Shown: positions 1-11,700 of the stretch, piece by piece
Layout: every line of letters begins with the position of its first letter
Numbering within the stretch: the stretch's first letter is position 1
Assembly: GCA_965209155.1 (NCBI GenBank)
Contig: OZ242383.1
Coordinates: forward strand, 1,472,001 to 1,536,000
DNA: 64,000 nucleotides
Origin: a bacterium
GTDB taxonomy: Bacteria; SAR324; NAC60-12
Direction: 5' to 3'
Notes under the pieces: model-generated
The model's database searches: none
What the model was told of the DNA's origin: nothing
The model's input: only the letters and a program-made list of their open reading frames with translations
Translations under genes and position numbers: made by a program

Positions 1-1019
1 GTGATGCCTTTACCGGAATCCACCATTGCCAATTGCGGGCGGTCTTCATAAACGGCTTTTATGTCTTTTTCGATTGCAACCCGTTGCGCTTCCGGCAAGG
101 ATTGGATTTTTGTATAAAGCTCCGCAAAGCCATTATTGAGATTGACCCCCAACTCTTTGATGAGCGTCGCATGCTTTTCAAAAACTGCCTGGTAGAATAT
201 GGAAACGCAATGACCAAACAAGATCGGGTCTGAGACTTTCATCATCGTCGCTTTCAGGTGCAGTGACAACAAGAGCCCTTCTTTTTTGGCGCTTTCCATT
301 TGTTCCTCATAGAACCGACGCAATGCCCGGATATTCATCACGACTGCGTCAATCACATCCTTTTCTTGTAAGGGTTTTTTTTCTGTGAGAAGCATCACCT
401 GACCTTCATCCGCAACGAACTCGATTTTCACGTTTTCGGTTTTGGTTACAGTCCGTGATCGTTCACTGCCATAAAAATCTCCCTCGTCCATATGAGCAAT
501 GCGGGATTTGGAATCCACCGGCCAGGACTGCATCATTTTGTGAGGGTGTTTTTTTCCGAACTGCTTCACTGACGCCGCAACCCGCCTGTCCGAATTTCCT
601 TCTCTCAGGATCGGGTTAACGGCACTGCCCAGCACCCTGGCATAGCGTGCTTGCAACGCTTTCTCGACCTCGGTCCTGGCATTTTCAGGATAATTTGGAA
701 CATCGAAGCCTTGGTCCTGCAATTCGCTGATGGCTTTTTTCAATTGGGGAATGGTAGCGCTGATATTGGGCAATTTAATGATATTTGCCTGCGGAAGCTC
801 AATGAGTTCATTCAGTTCGGAAAGCGCATTCGGGATTTGCTGATCCTTACTCAGGTTTTCAGGGAAATTGGCTAATATTCTCCCTGCCAGTGAAATATCT
901 TTTGTTTCAATGGTAATACCGGAACCTTTGAGAAAGGCCCGGAGTATCGGAAGTAAAGAATGCGTCGCCAGGGCAGGAGCTTCGTCCGTTTCCGTATAGG
1001 TGATTGTCTGGATCGTCAT
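1..1019 (-). CDS. icd: Monomeric NADP-dependent isocitrate dehydrogenase (N-terminal part; runs off the window)
   Basis: Not in the ORF track. Manual minus-strand translation from ATG at 1019 gives [29 protein letters not shown]...[15 protein letters not shown], later [16 protein letters not shown], typical of monomeric IDH. Confidence 0.93.
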   Translation of the reverse strand, partial: MTIQTITYTETDEAPALATHSLLPILRAFLKGSGITIETKDISLAGRILANFPENLSKDQQIPNALSELNELIELPQANIIKLPNISATIPQLKKAISELQDQGFDVPNYPENARTEVEKALQARYARVLGSAVNPILREGNSDRRVAASVKQFGKKHPHKMMQSWPVDSKSRIAHMDEGDFYGSERSRTVTKTENVKIEFVADEGQVMLLTEKKPLQEKDVIDAVVMNIRALRRFYEEQMESAKKEGLLLSLHLKATMMKVSDPILFGHCVSIFYQAVFEKHATLIKELGVNLNNGFAELYTKIQSLPEAQRVAIEKDIKAVYEDRPQLAMVDSGKGI

Positions 1020-1147
1020 ACATCGTCTGACAGTGAATGCCTGTTTGTCGGGTTTACAACAAATGACCAGTTTAGCGAACTCGGCTTGAAAAATCCAGAT
1101 AGATTCCATCCCGACTTCAAAAACCGTAGCGATGCATTTTCACTGAC

Positions 1148-2062
1148 TCAAAAAGTCCGTATTTGCTGTGACTGTTTCTGACCACGCGGGTGTAGTTGCT
1201 GGAAGGTCTCGAAGTAATCCGGGACGTTGACGTGCGCGTATTGCCGGGTCGCGTCCAACTTCGTATATCCAAACAAGGTGCGAATGCTCGTCAAATCCAT
1301 GCCATTTTGGATCAAATGCATGGCAAAAGAATGGCGTAGCATCCGTGGCGTGATATTGCTTTGAATTCCTGCGCGCCTTGCATGCTTTTTGACCATGTTC
1401 CAGAATCCGATGCGGGTCAATCGTACGCCATTGCGATTTGGAAAGAGACAGGGGTCCTCTTTATTCAGCAATCGTGGCATTCGCGCAGAGTCCAGGTACA
1501 ATTCCAAGACCTCCACGGCTTTGGAAGTGACGGGCACCATCCGTTCCCGTTTATTACGGACTTTGAGAAAGCTTAAATCCAGGAAGAGATCTCCGACATT
1601 CAGGTTGAGCAATTCTTTCACTTTCAACCCACTGGAATAGGAAAGTTCCAAAAGCGTACGGTCTCGCAGTCCGAGATAATGATTGGGAGACGGGGCCTCC
1701 AGCAGTGCCACAACCTCTTCTGGTGAGAGCATTTCAGGGGGAGCGTATTCGATTTGAGGGAATTTGACCAGGTCCAGGGGACTGATTTCAAGCAGACCTT
1801 GTTGCTCGAGGTGGAAAAAAAATAATCTCAACGAGGACAGGTGTCGCGCTACGGTACGAGGTTTGAGGCTTTGTTGCAATAAATCCGCATAGGACTGGAT
1901 TTCTTCTACCCTCACTTTCTGCAAGCGAAACAGTGCCGGACCTCCTTGGTTTTCCAGCCAATCTTTGAAACGTAACAGGTCCGAGCGGTGATTTTGAATG
2001 CTGTTGAGCGAGTATTTTTTGGTTTGCAGGTATTCAATGAATTGTGCGATTAATGGATCCAT
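1148..2062 (-). CDS. XerD-like tyrosine recombinase with substituted catalytic residues
   Basis: XerC/D architecture (RDRTLLEL.Y.SGL, LRHSFA.HL..NG.DL, TRQY). Start moved to MDPLIAQF at 2062 to avoid overlap with the divergent gene. Confidence 0.85.
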   Translation of the reverse strand: MDPLIAQFIEYLQTKKYSLNSIQNHRSDLLRFKDWLENQGGPALFRLQKVRVEEIQSYADLLQQSLKPRTVARHLSSLRLFFFHLEQQGLLEISPLDLVKFPQIEYAPPEMLSPEEVVALLEAPSPNHYLGLRDRTLLELSYSSGLKVKELLNLNVGDLFLDLSFLKVRNKRERMVPVTSKAVEVLELYLDSARMPRLLNKEDPCLFPNRNGVRLTRIGFWNMVKKHARRAGIQSNITPRMLRHSFAMHLIQNGMDLTSIRTLFGYTKLDATRQYAHVNVPDYFETFQQLHPRGQKQSQQIRTF

Positions 2063-2247
2063 GAAACACTTCCAATGTGTATTCGATCGACTTAACATCC
2101 GGAAAGACGATTCATTTTTTACTCCATTTTGTAAGGAAATCCAAGTCATGAGTCCAGAAGACGACATGAGGAATACCGGATTCCACGGTTCCATTCGGGG
2201 GAATTGCCAGCTTGACCCACGTTGCCGGTCCTTTTGAGAATGAATCC

Positions 2248-3624
2248 ATGAGCAAGACTCCCGATTTGGACTTGGATGATTTTTTTCTCCAAACTTTTCA
2301 AAAACAAAAAGCCACAGGCATGCGTGAATTGTTGGGCTGTGAATATGAATATTTCATACTCCGGCCCACCATTGCTTTTCCTCGTTATCGTCCTTTGCCG
2401 ATGGATGGCGATCCTGGCGTGTATGAACTGCTTTCCGTCATTCACCAGATAGCTTGGGAAAATGGAGTGGTTTGGGAAAAACATTTTGAAAACAATAAAT
2501 TGATTGCATTGTCGAACCACCAGCATCAAACCATTACGATCGAACCCGGTGGCCAAATTGAACTTTCAGGCGCACCCCTGAATTCCCTGCAAGCGATTCA
2601 TGGAGAACAGGCGGCTTATTTCGAACTCCTCTGTCAGGCAATTGAAAATTTCGGTGGCAAAATCCTCTCGTTGGGCCTGATTCCACTCTGTCGACTTGCC
2701 GAAATTCCGCTGGTGGACAAGCGACGCTACCAACTCATGTTTCCTCACATGAAGCAAGTTGGAAGCCTTGGTCAATTGATGATGAAAGGGACGGCTGCCA
2801 CCCAGGTGAGCCTGGATTATTTTTCCCTGGACGATTTGCAGCGCAAATTCGTCTTTCTCAATCGGCTTTCCCCGTTTTTGACGGCCATTTTTGCCAACAG
2901 CCCGATTTTTGAGGGAAAATCCACGGGTTACCGCTCGTTCCGTGGAAGAATCTGGCTGGACACCGACCCGGCGCGAGCAGGTTTGCCGCTTCCTTTTTTG
3001 CAAGAGTCCTTCCAGTTGAACGATTACATAGAATGGGCTCTCGAGGCTCCTCCCTATTTTTTAATACGCGAGGAGCGAATGATCCGGCTCACTGATACGC
3101 CTTTTCGAAAACTGCTGGCAGGGGCGCGCCCGGAGATTCAGGTCGAGGGAGACGACTGGGAATTGCATTTGGGGATGCTTTTTCCCGAAGTCCGCATCAA
3201 GCAAATCATCGAGGTGCGCGCACCGGATGCGCAACTACCGGAAGATGCCATTGCCATTCCAGCATTGTTGAAAGCGCTCGTCTATGAGGAGGACGCATTC
3301 GAGCGAATTTACGCGCTCCTGATGGATTTGCCATTGCAGGACTTCCCGCTTTACCAAAAGGCAGCAGCAAAGGATGGTTTGCATGCGGAAGTCCATGGAG
3401 TTGATTTTGCTAAACTGGCCCGTCATTTTTTCGAGATCGCCCTCGGCGCCCTTGGCTCGCAAGAGGAAGAATGGCTCCTTCCCTATTTCGATAAATATAC
3501 CAAAGATGGGAAAAGCCCTGCGGATGTGGTATTGCAACAATTTTCCGATGCCGGCCACGACGTTGAAACCTGGGCAGAACAATATTTTAAGGAAACTCGG
3601 CTCCCGGTTCTCTCCCAGGCTTGA
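2248..3624 (+). CDS. Glutamate-cysteine ligase (GCS2 family)
   Basis: Motifs G.EYE, ITIEPGGQIELSG, MMKGTAATQVSLD, AIFANSP, FPEVR.K..IEVR. Confidence 0.88.
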   Translation: MSKTPDLDLDDFFLQTFQKQKATGMRELLGCEYEYFILRPTIAFPRYRPLPMDGDPGVYELLSVIHQIAWENGVVWEKHFENNKLIALSNHQHQTITIEPGGQIELSGAPLNSLQAIHGEQAAYFELLCQAIENFGGKILSLGLIPLCRLAEIPLVDKRRYQLMFPHMKQVGSLGQLMMKGTAATQVSLDYFSLDDLQRKFVFLNRLSPFLTAIFANSPIFEGKSTGYRSFRGRIWLDTDPARAGLPLPFLQESFQLNDYIEWALEAPPYFLIREERMIRLTDTPFRKLLAGARPEIQVEGDDWELHLGMLFPEVRIKQIIEVRAPDAQLPEDAIAIPALLKALVYEEDAFERIYALLMDLPLQDFPLYQKAAAKDGLHAEVHGVDFAKLARHFFEIALGALGSQEEEWLLPYFDKYTKDGKSPADVVLQQFSDAGHDVETWAEQYFKETRLPVLSQA

Positions 3625-3663
3625 ATTTTCGAGTCAGGGACGCAAAGCAGTCGGGCGGCTTTC

Positions 3664-4254
3664 ATGAAAGGCAAAACTATGTCGGATTCCAGGCTCACTA
3701 ATCCCAAACGACCTAAAATTCAAAGAGGAGCCTTTCAGATTTACACGGGCAACGGCAAAGGAAAGAGCACGGCGTCCATGGGGTTGATGTTGAGAGCGCT
3801 GGGTTGTGGATTCCATGTCTATTATTTGCGGATGCTGAAACCTCGTTGGCAAACAGGGGAATTGAAACTGGGACCTTCCCTGCACCCGAACCTGACTTTC
3901 CGCAATATTCCTCACTACTGGGCCCTTTGCGTGAGCAAGAATGTACCCCAGGACGTGGAGGCCATGAGAAAGAATCTGGAACCGGAAATGGATGATTTAC
4001 AAAAAAATCTCACCTCCGGCACTTACGATATGGTAATCGTGGACGAGATCAACTATTGCGTCCATCGTGAATTGATTGCCGTCGAACGGGCGATTGCACT
4101 GGTTGAAAGCCGTCCTGACAAAGTGGAATTGGTTTTTACCGGACGTAACGCGCATGCGGAATTGATCCGCAGAGCGGACCTGGTCACGGAAATGCAGAGC
4201 ATCAAGCACCCCTTCCAGAAGGGAGTCAAAGCGCGAATAGGTATTGAATTTTAA
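3664..4254 (+). CDS. cobO: Cob(I)alamin adenosyltransferase (CobO/BtuR)
   Basis: IYTGNGKGKSTAS.G..LRA.G, DEIN, ELVFTGR, ADLVTEM..IKHPF..G..A..GIEF. Confidence 0.93.
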   Translation: MKGKTMSDSRLTNPKRPKIQRGAFQIYTGNGKGKSTASMGLMLRALGCGFHVYYLRMLKPRWQTGELKLGPSLHPNLTFRNIPHYWALCVSKNVPQDVEAMRKNLEPEMDDLQKNLTSGTYDMVIVDEINYCVHRELIAVERAIALVESRPDKVELVFTGRNAHAELIRRADLVTEMQSIKHPFQKGVKARIGIEF

Positions 4255-4259
4255 TCGTC

Positions 4260-5630
4260 GTGCCGAACATGAGTCCCAACATTCCTTCTCACGGTCTGGT
4301 ACTGGCAGGCATGCAGAGTAGCAACGGCAAAACCGCTATCACCTGTATGCTGCTCTGCGCGTTGCGTGCCCGGGGATTGGATCCCCAAGCCTTCAAAGTC
4401 GGTCCCGATTTCATCGACCCCGGGTATCACGGACGGTATTCCAGTCGTCCATGCATCAACCTGGATGCCTGGATGATGGGCAAAACTCGAGTGTTGGAGG
4501 AAGTCGAGCGTTTTGTTGCCGGAACCGTAGGAGTCGTTGAAGGAGTGATGGGACTCTTTGATAGCGCCAGTCCTTCTTCCAATGAAGGCAGCACGATGGA
4601 ACTGGCCCACTGGTTGGGTTGGCCGGTGGTTCTGGTTGTTCCTTGCAGCAAAACAGGACGCTCGATTGCTGCAGCCATCCAAGGTTTTGTGGAAGCAGCG
4701 GGCGATCGCGCCATTTGCGGGGTGATCTTGAACCAGGTGGGAGGAGATTCTCACGCGCAATACCTCAGGGAAGCCCTGGCTCACCTGGAGCTTCCCATTT
4801 TGGGAGTCGTCGGCCAATACGACCTTCTCCAATGGCCCGAACGCCATTTGGGTTTGCAGTCTCAAACGGAGATGCGACTGCCTGGTTCGGGAGAGTTGGC
4901 CAAACTGGGGGAAAAAGTTTTAGACCTTCCCGCAATGCTTTCCCTGCTCACTGCGGCCCCTGCGCTGCGGAAATCCTCAACTCCTCCTTCTTTTAATAAA
5001 CGTATCGCTCTCGCCAGGGATGAGGCATTCCATTTCTATTACCATGCCAATCTCGAATTTTTGAACATGCGCGGTGTGGAGCTCGTCGAATTTTCTCCCT
5101 TGTCGGATTCATCCTTACCTGCAGGCATCGAAGGGATGATTTTTGGAGGAGGATTTCCCGAAATCTTTGCAGAACGAATTGCGCAAAACAAAAGAATGCG
5201 GACCGCCATTGCGCAAGCCATCCATGACGGCATGCCCTGTTATGCGGAATGTGGAGGGTTGATGATCCTTTCCCGGGAACTGGTCGGCCGGGACGAGATG
5301 CGCTATCCCATGGTCGGAGTCCTGCCTGGCGCAGTTCAAATGACGGAACATTTGAACAATTTCGGTTATTGTTTCTGCAATCCCCTGGCAACCGGACACA
5401 CGCGCGATTCAGCAGGCGGCGAATCCTGGCGTGGACACGAATTCCACTATTCACGCTGGCTCGCTGAAGCCGAGTCTGCTAACTTGTGGCATGTTACTAA
5501 AAAATATCGAAAGGTGACGAGAAAAGAAGGATTCCGCTACCAACGGCTCCATGCTTCCTACGTCCATCTCTATTTCCCAAGCGCCTCGGCCGTTCTCGAA
5601 AATATTTTCGCATTGACACCGCCGTCTTGA
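4260..5630 (+). CDS. cobB: Cobyrinate a,c-diamide synthase (CobB/CbiA)
   Basis: GKT, FKVGPDFIDP, VEGVMGLFD, ERHLGL, AFHFYY, GGGFPE, YAECGG, GHEFHYS. Confidence 0.93.
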   Translation: MPNMSPNIPSHGLVLAGMQSSNGKTAITCMLLCALRARGLDPQAFKVGPDFIDPGYHGRYSSRPCINLDAWMMGKTRVLEEVERFVAGTVGVVEGVMGLFDSASPSSNEGSTMELAHWLGWPVVLVVPCSKTGRSIAAAIQGFVEAAGDRAICGVILNQVGGDSHAQYLREALAHLELPILGVVGQYDLLQWPERHLGLQSQTEMRLPGSGELAKLGEKVLDLPAMLSLLTAAPALRKSSTPPSFNKRIALARDEAFHFYYHANLEFLNMRGVELVEFSPLSDSSLPAGIEGMIFGGGFPEIFAERIAQNKRMRTAIAQAIHDGMPCYAECGGLMILSRELVGRDEMRYPMVGVLPGAVQMTEHLNNFGYCFCNPLATGHTRDSAGGESWRGHEFHYSRWLAEAESANLWHVTKKYRKVTRKEGFRYQRLHASYVHLYFPSASAVLENIFALTPPS

Positions 5631-5666
5631 ACGGAGCTTAAGATTCTCGACCATATTGAGGGATTT

Positions 5667-6338
5667 ATGATCATTTGCATTGGAATCGGACCGGGAGACC
5701 TGGATTATCTCACGCAACGAGGGGCAGCACTGGTTGCCGGCGCGGAGGTGCTGGCAGGCTTTTCGTCCGTACTCGAGTTCGCACGCCCCTTGTTTTCGGA
5801 AAAATCTCAGGTGATCTCTTTAGGATACAAAGACCAGGTGGCCAAGCTCGAAGAAGTGGCCCGGCTTCACCAAAAAGGACGACGTTGCGTGGTGTTATTC
5901 ATGGGAGACATCCACTTTTCGGGGTTCCAACTCTTGGAACGCGTGGAACGCGCGTGTGGACACCCGGTGGAAACCTTGCCCGGAATCAGTTCGGCTCAAA
6001 TGCTGGCTTCCAAAACCCGGGTTTGCTTTGATGAGACCACCTTCCTCACTTTCCACCGCCGGGGGGATTTGCTGCCATTTCAAAAGCACCTGGTTCATGT
6101 CTTGCAGGACGATCGCAATGCGATTGTCATTCCCCGCCCCTGGGATATGATGCCCGTGGACATTGCCCGGTATTTATTGGAAAACGGCATTGACCCGCAA
6201 CATTCCCTGGAAGTCTGGGAACATCTCACCCAAAAAGAAGCGAGCTGGAAAGGCACGCTGGTTCAATGTCGGCAGGAATTCAGCGACATGAGCATCATGC
6301 TGATTCGGACCCTGCGTCCCATGCCCAGCCAACTCTAA
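5667..6338 (+). CDS. cbiE: Precorrin-6Y/cobalt-precorrin-7 C5-methyltransferase (CbiE-like tetrapyrrole methylase)
   Basis: IGIGPG..DYLT, GD..FSG, PGISS, VWEHLT; follows cobO-cobB. Confidence 0.8.
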   Translation: MIICIGIGPGDLDYLTQRGAALVAGAEVLAGFSSVLEFARPLFSEKSQVISLGYKDQVAKLEEVARLHQKGRRCVVLFMGDIHFSGFQLLERVERACGHPVETLPGISSAQMLASKTRVCFDETTFLTFHRRGDLLPFQKHLVHVLQDDRNAIVIPRPWDMMPVDIARYLLENGIDPQHSLEVWEHLTQKEASWKGTLVQCRQEFSDMSIMLIRTLRPMPSQL

Positions 6339-7510
6339 TCCAACATCAGCCGGGCCGTGATTTCATCGGCAAGCAGCATTCCCTCGGGTAAGAGCGCGAG
6401 GTGGGGAAGATCCCAGCGTGCGAAACCCTGCTCATGTAATTTTTCCACCTCTTCCACATTTTTACGAGGCCATGCCATGCCGAAGGTTTTTTCCCACTCC
6501 GGCACTGACAATCCGGCAACTTGCCGTAGTGCAAGCATAAGTCCCTCATTGGCTCGCTGGACCCGGGAAAGCTCTTCCTCGAAGGCAACGGGCCATTGCC
6601 TGTCTTCAAGCGCGCTTTGGTATTTCTTCAAAGAACGGTGATTGCTCCAACGACGCCCTTCGAAATATGAATGAGCGCCCATTCCCAATCCCAGGTAAGC
6701 TTTTCCGGACCATACCATCAGGTTGGAACGGCTCTCGTGGCCCGGTCTGGCAAAATTCGAGACTTCGTATTGAGTCAAGCCGTGGGCGCCCAGAGTTTTG
6801 ACGGCCTTCAAGTACATGGCCCAGGTCAAATCTTCATGTTGGGCGACCCATTCAACGACTTTTTTCTCCCTGGCAAAGGGAGTCCGGGGTTCGACGTCCA
6901 GGGCATACAAAGAAAGATGGCTTGGATGGTGCTTGAGAAAGGTCATCAGATCGTTTTCAAATTCAGGCATCGATTGCTCAGGAATGCCAAACATGAGGTC
7001 CAGGTTGAAATTGCGGACCCCACTTTCCTCCAACGCGGCTACCGCACGCAAACTATCCTGCGCACTGTGGTTTCTTTCCAGTGTTTCGAGAGAGGCTTTT
7101 TGAAAACTCTGGATTCCCAGGCTGATCCGTCCGATTCCCAACTCGGTCAGCCCTTGAATATAGGCGGGGGTGGCATCTTCCGGGTTGACCTCAAAGGAAA
7201 TTTCCGTGTCTGCCGAGCAGTGGAAGTGACGTCGCACCCCCTTCAACACAATCTCCACTTCCTCCAATGACAAACTCGAGGGAGTGCCACCTCCGATATA
7301 AATCGACTGCAACGCTCCCAGTTCTTTCTCGAATTGCGAAGCGCGCCTTTCCATCTCGAGATTTAAAAAATGGAGGTAAGCCTTGCGCAGCGCAGCTTGG
7401 TCTTTACGCACGGCGAAGGCGCAAAAAGGGCAAATCCGGCGGCAAAAAGGAATGTGGATGTAAAGAGCGAGGAACGAGTGGACCATTTCAAATTTGGCAT
7501 TCATCAGCAA
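6335..7510 (-). CDS. hemW: Radical SAM heme chaperone HemW (HemN-like)
   Basis: [50 protein letters not shown]. Confidence 0.9.
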   Translation of the reverse strand: MLMNAKFEMVHSFLALYIHIPFCRRICPFCAFAVRKDQAALRKAYLHFLNLEMERRASQFEKELGALQSIYIGGGTPSSLSLEEVEIVLKGVRRHFHCSADTEISFEVNPEDATPAYIQGLTELGIGRISLGIQSFQKASLETLERNHSAQDSLRAVAALEESGVRNFNLDLMFGIPEQSMPEFENDLMTFLKHHPSHLSLYALDVEPRTPFAREKKVVEWVAQHEDLTWAMYLKAVKTLGAHGLTQYEVSNFARPGHESRSNLMVWSGKAYLGLGMGAHSYFEGRRWSNHRSLKKYQSALEDRQWPVAFEEELSRVQRANEGLMLALRQVAGLSVPEWEKTFGMAWPRKNVEEVEKLHEQGFARWDLPHLALLPEGMLLADEITARLMLD

Positions 7511-7543
7511 TTCGAGAGCATTCCATTCGTGTTTGAGGGGGAT

Positions 7544-8275
7544 CTATAATCTCTTTTTGGGAATGTCCGGTAAATAATCCCGGACCGCTCTCATAACGAG
7601 CTCACGCATCATTTTATCCTTCAACCGGACTCCAAAAACCCTTTCGTTGTAATTGTTGTCCTTTTGGCTGATACTATCGCTTATTGTGAATTTTCCAGTC
7701 CGGCTCCAAAGCACCCATCCTGTTCCGGATTCAATCAATTCGAACTGGATAGTGGCCTTGGTTTCGGCCCTGTAAAGGTCATCATTCAATTTTCCCCTGC
7801 CAAGGTGACTGATGGATTGAATAGAAATCTCTAAAACCCCCAGGTCCCCCAGGTTCATGGCTCGCGCCGCGGTTTCCGCCTCCACCTCCCCGGAATCAAG
7901 ACCTGCTCCTTTGGAACCTTTCGACGGGTTTCTCCTTCTCAGGTTATCGGCAATTTCCTCGGGGTGAACGATTTCATAGTTTCCTTCCCTGTAGAGAATT
8001 TCCGTCACCTCATTCGTGTAAAGGACGTCGCGGTTGTAATCGTCCAGGTAGTCGTCCAGACCTTGAATGAGAACATAGATTCTTCCCGACTCTCCGCTGG
8101 GAAGGTCTTTCAGGTTTCGAATATCATCCAGTGTCTGCGCCAATCCTTTTTTGATGTCATCCATGGCTCCAAGGGAGGTTCTTGTTTGGGCATCCGTGGC
8201 TCCCGCCCTGAAATTCGTGGAACAGGAAGAGATCAGCAGGGATAAAAACAACAACAACAAAAGTGAGTTTCTCAT
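7544..8275 (-). CDS. Putative lipoprotein of unknown function
   Basis: Signal peptide with lipobox MRNSLLLLLFLSLLISSC from ATG at 8275. Confidence 0.65.
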   Translation of the reverse strand: MRNSLLLLLFLSLLISSCSTNFRAGATDAQTRTSLGAMDDIKKGLAQTLDDIRNLKDLPSGESGRIYVLIQGLDDYLDDYNRDVLYTNEVTEILYREGNYEIVHPEEIADNLRRRNPSKGSKGAGLDSGEVEAETAARAMNLGDLGVLEISIQSISHLGRGKLNDDLYRAETKATIQFELIESGTGWVLWSRTGKFTISDSISQKDNNYNERVFGVRLKDKMMRELVMRAVRDYLPDIPKKRL

Positions 8276-8468
8276 TTGCGCGTTTCCTTTCTGGGCCACA
8301 CGATTTTTAGTAGTTTGAAGAAAGCTAACAATTTTTGCCAAACAGGTTCTGAGTCAGAATAAGCATCAATTTATGATTTTCAGATGCGGGAAGTCTTCAT
8401 TTCTCATGCTTTGGACACACTCATCCTCTTATGCTTCAAAAATTTTTTATTACCGCGAACCCCGTTGA

Positions 8469-8680
8469 TCAGATAGGCACCAACGACTGCCGGCATGCGC
8501 AAAACAGTCGATCCAACTGCAAGCGCTCAAAAGTAGTTTTGGGTACTTTCCCCCGTCCGTGATAGGAGGCAAGGATGTGATGAGCATCAATCCGGCACGA
8601 CTTGTCAAATCTTCATCGCTTGGCTGAATTGCATCAATTTTCTGTTTCTTTTTATCCTGCACTGTTGTATCATTCTCCAT
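8469..8680 (-). pseudogene. IS1380-like transposase remnant with internal deletions
   Basis: N-terminal KIDAIQPSDEDLTSRAGL followed, in another frame, by ILASYHGRG and KVPKTTFERLQLDRLF, which resemble the middle and C-terminal parts of IS1380 transposases. Confidence 0.55.
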
Positions 8681-8779
8681 GAAGCTCTCCACCTGTTGGG
8701 TTGTGTAAGATATTGTGGATATTTTAGGTGTTACCCACTGAAATATCACACTTTTTCCAAAAGGTTGAGAGCTTTTTTA

Positions 8780-11700
8780 TTATAAATCGCTCAACTTAGG
8801 TCCAAATTGCTTGCACTTTGCAACGACTTCGGCAATGACCAGTTTGATTGAGTGGGATTGGATTAGTTGGTAGTTCGCGAATGGCGAACCAAGCATACGG
8901 CGGGCGACAGAAACGTCGCCATTCTTTCTCAGTAAAACATCGCCAACCTTTTCCAGAAGATGAGAACGATGAACGTCGATGTTTTCCAAGATGCCAAAGA
9001 TTATTTCGTCCAAATCCTTGATGCGTTCACGATTGTTACTCAACTGGATAGCAAATATTTCCGCTTCCTGCAACACGCTGGAATCGCTTTCGATACTTCG
9101 TGCTCTGGCGCAAATCGAGAGGTAGCGTAAAGCCAGGTTTTGCGGGGCTTCATCCAACATACGGCGTACCGTTCCGACCAGTCGTCTCACTTCTTCCAAT
9201 ATAGTTACACGCCGCAGCAACTCATGAATCCCTGTAACGCCTATTTCGTCAAATCGTCGATTCATCCACTGGTGAAGCTCATCTGAAAATTCTGATTCCT
9301 GAAGATAGGCTAAAATTTTCTCGCGGAAATCCTCGTTTGATTCAAAACCTCGGCATAATTCGCACATTGTACGGAGTGCCTGCTTACGCTTGGCGACGAT
9401 GAAATCATAAGTGAAGTCTAATAATACATGAACTGCTGCTTTCAATGTATCACTAAGATAGCCCTTCGCAGGGACTTGCCTCATTACATCTTCCGTAGAA
9501 TCCTGGAATTTATATTTCAGCAAGTAATTACGCAGATTGTCCTTAACACACTCAGGATTAATACGCATTACGGTAACCTCGTAGTGTCGTTTGTGCCAGT
9601 CAATCGTGTAATCCTTCACCACTCCGAGCAACATCAGCCGGTAAATGGCGCGTTCGATATTTTCGTGGCGAAATTTGACTTCCACTGTGTTTTCCGCTCC
9701 ATGTGGGATCTTGCGTATGCCAGCGGCAAGCTGCTGCATCAGAAATTCAGTAGTGAGTTGTTTTTCTTTTTCACGCCCCTTGTATGTATTGAACAGAAAC
9801 CATAGCTGGACCAGTAGATCACCTCGACTTTTTCGGTTGATTTGCTCGAGTCGTATCAGGGCATTTTGGTGATTTGTTTCGTTAAGAATATCCCATGCTG
9901 TTTTCCAATTGTCGTCGCTGTAAAGTATCGCGCACAGCGCATAACCAGGTATACCGTTTCGTCCGGCACGGCCTGCTTCCTGATAAAATGCTTCGACGGA
10001 TTGCGGGACGGTGTAGTGGCATGTATAGCGAATGTTTGGTTTGTCGATTCCCATGCCGAAGGATTTGGTGGCCACCAGTTCCTGTAGTAGATTCTGCTTG
10101 AATCTGTTCTGAATATTTTTTTTATGCGAATTCCAGTCTCCAGAAAAAACTTTCGGTTCATGACCTGCATAGAAGTTGGAATGTTCCATCTCACCTGCAA
10201 CGGACGTTACTCCCAGCTCGCCGTCGACATGAGGACAAAAAATGATACCGCTGTTTGTTTTGTCTCCATTGATGTTGTAAAACTCTTGTGAATTGCAGTT
10301 GAGCTTGCGCGGAAGCTGCTTTTTAAAAGTCTGCAAAGCAAGGGATTTTTCTTTTACAGGTACATTTTTCACCTCGAAGCGAAGTTCTTTTCGGTCGAAA
10401 GATCGAGGTAAAACAATCGCCTCTTCGTCAGTGACGTCAAGTTCTATCTGTATGTCGGTTAGTACAGTGAAAGATGCAGTCCCGGTAAGACCAACTAAAG
10501 TGGGAGTACATGTGTTACCGTCTATTTTTTCACTTTGGCATAGACTCTTCAGGGTGCGTGGCATATGCAGATAGGATGGGCGAAAGTCATGCCCCCATTC
10601 CGACACGCAGTGGACCTCGTCTATCACCACCAAAGATATGGGAAATTCGTTGGAAGCGGATTGTAGTCGACTACGGAAGGCTTTTGTCTGTAAACGTTCA
10701 GGCGATATGAAGACAAATGACAAGCGTCCTTCACCAACACTTCGGATAACCGCATTCCTTTCTTTACTACTTTGCATGTTAGAAATCGAGTCTACGAGGT
10801 CTATGCCAGCCAGGCGAAGATTTTCAGTCTGGTCTTCCATCAATGAAATCAGGGGATCGATAACGACAGTCATTCCGGGGAACAGAAGTCCAACAAGCTG
10901 GTAGATGAGAGATTTGCCTCCTCCGGTTGGCAGTAGTGCAATCGAAGTCTTACCTTGAAGAAGACGGGTTATGGCATCCAACTGCCCATCCCAGAAATCA
11001 CGCTTACGAAAAATGAGACGTAGGAAAAAGCGCAGGGTGTCGTACTTGTCATCCGGGAGCGATTGAGTCGTTGCATCGCGCACCGAGACGATTTCACGTT
11101 CGACATCTTCCAACTCATAATCCACAGGCTTACACCATTGGAGTTTACGTTCCCCGTGACATCCGACTGCACGGCGGATGCGGATACGAGTCGATTTGAG
11201 TTTACAGATGTTTTCAGAGTGTCCGGGACAGCCTTTAACGAGTAGAAAACTATGAGATATAACCGCATCGTAATCACCATCCGGCGATTCCACGTTGCGA
11301 ATAGCAATCTCTTGTACATCGGGCAGGATTGGAATGAACGATTCACCTTTGACATCCAAATGAACGTGGGGCGCCAGTGGCAACGACGGTGCGAGCGTGT
11401 GAAGATTCGACCATAAAATGTGAAGCATACGGAAAGATTCCGCAACGGCTGGTATATCCTCTTCTAGAACCAGGATACGTTGCGTGCGCTCAGGGTTGAG
11501 AATCTTATGAAAATAGAGTTGTAGTATGCCTCGCATGCAGCGATGCACTGCCAGAGGGAGAAGGATGCTATAAAATGCCGCCAAGTGAATTCGTGAAGTT
11601 TCGATAATATCCCGTATAGAGCCGTGGACAGTTGAGGCATTTAGCATACGTAATTCGTTGGAACTGATCCTCTTTTTGAGAAAATCGAACCAATCAGAAA

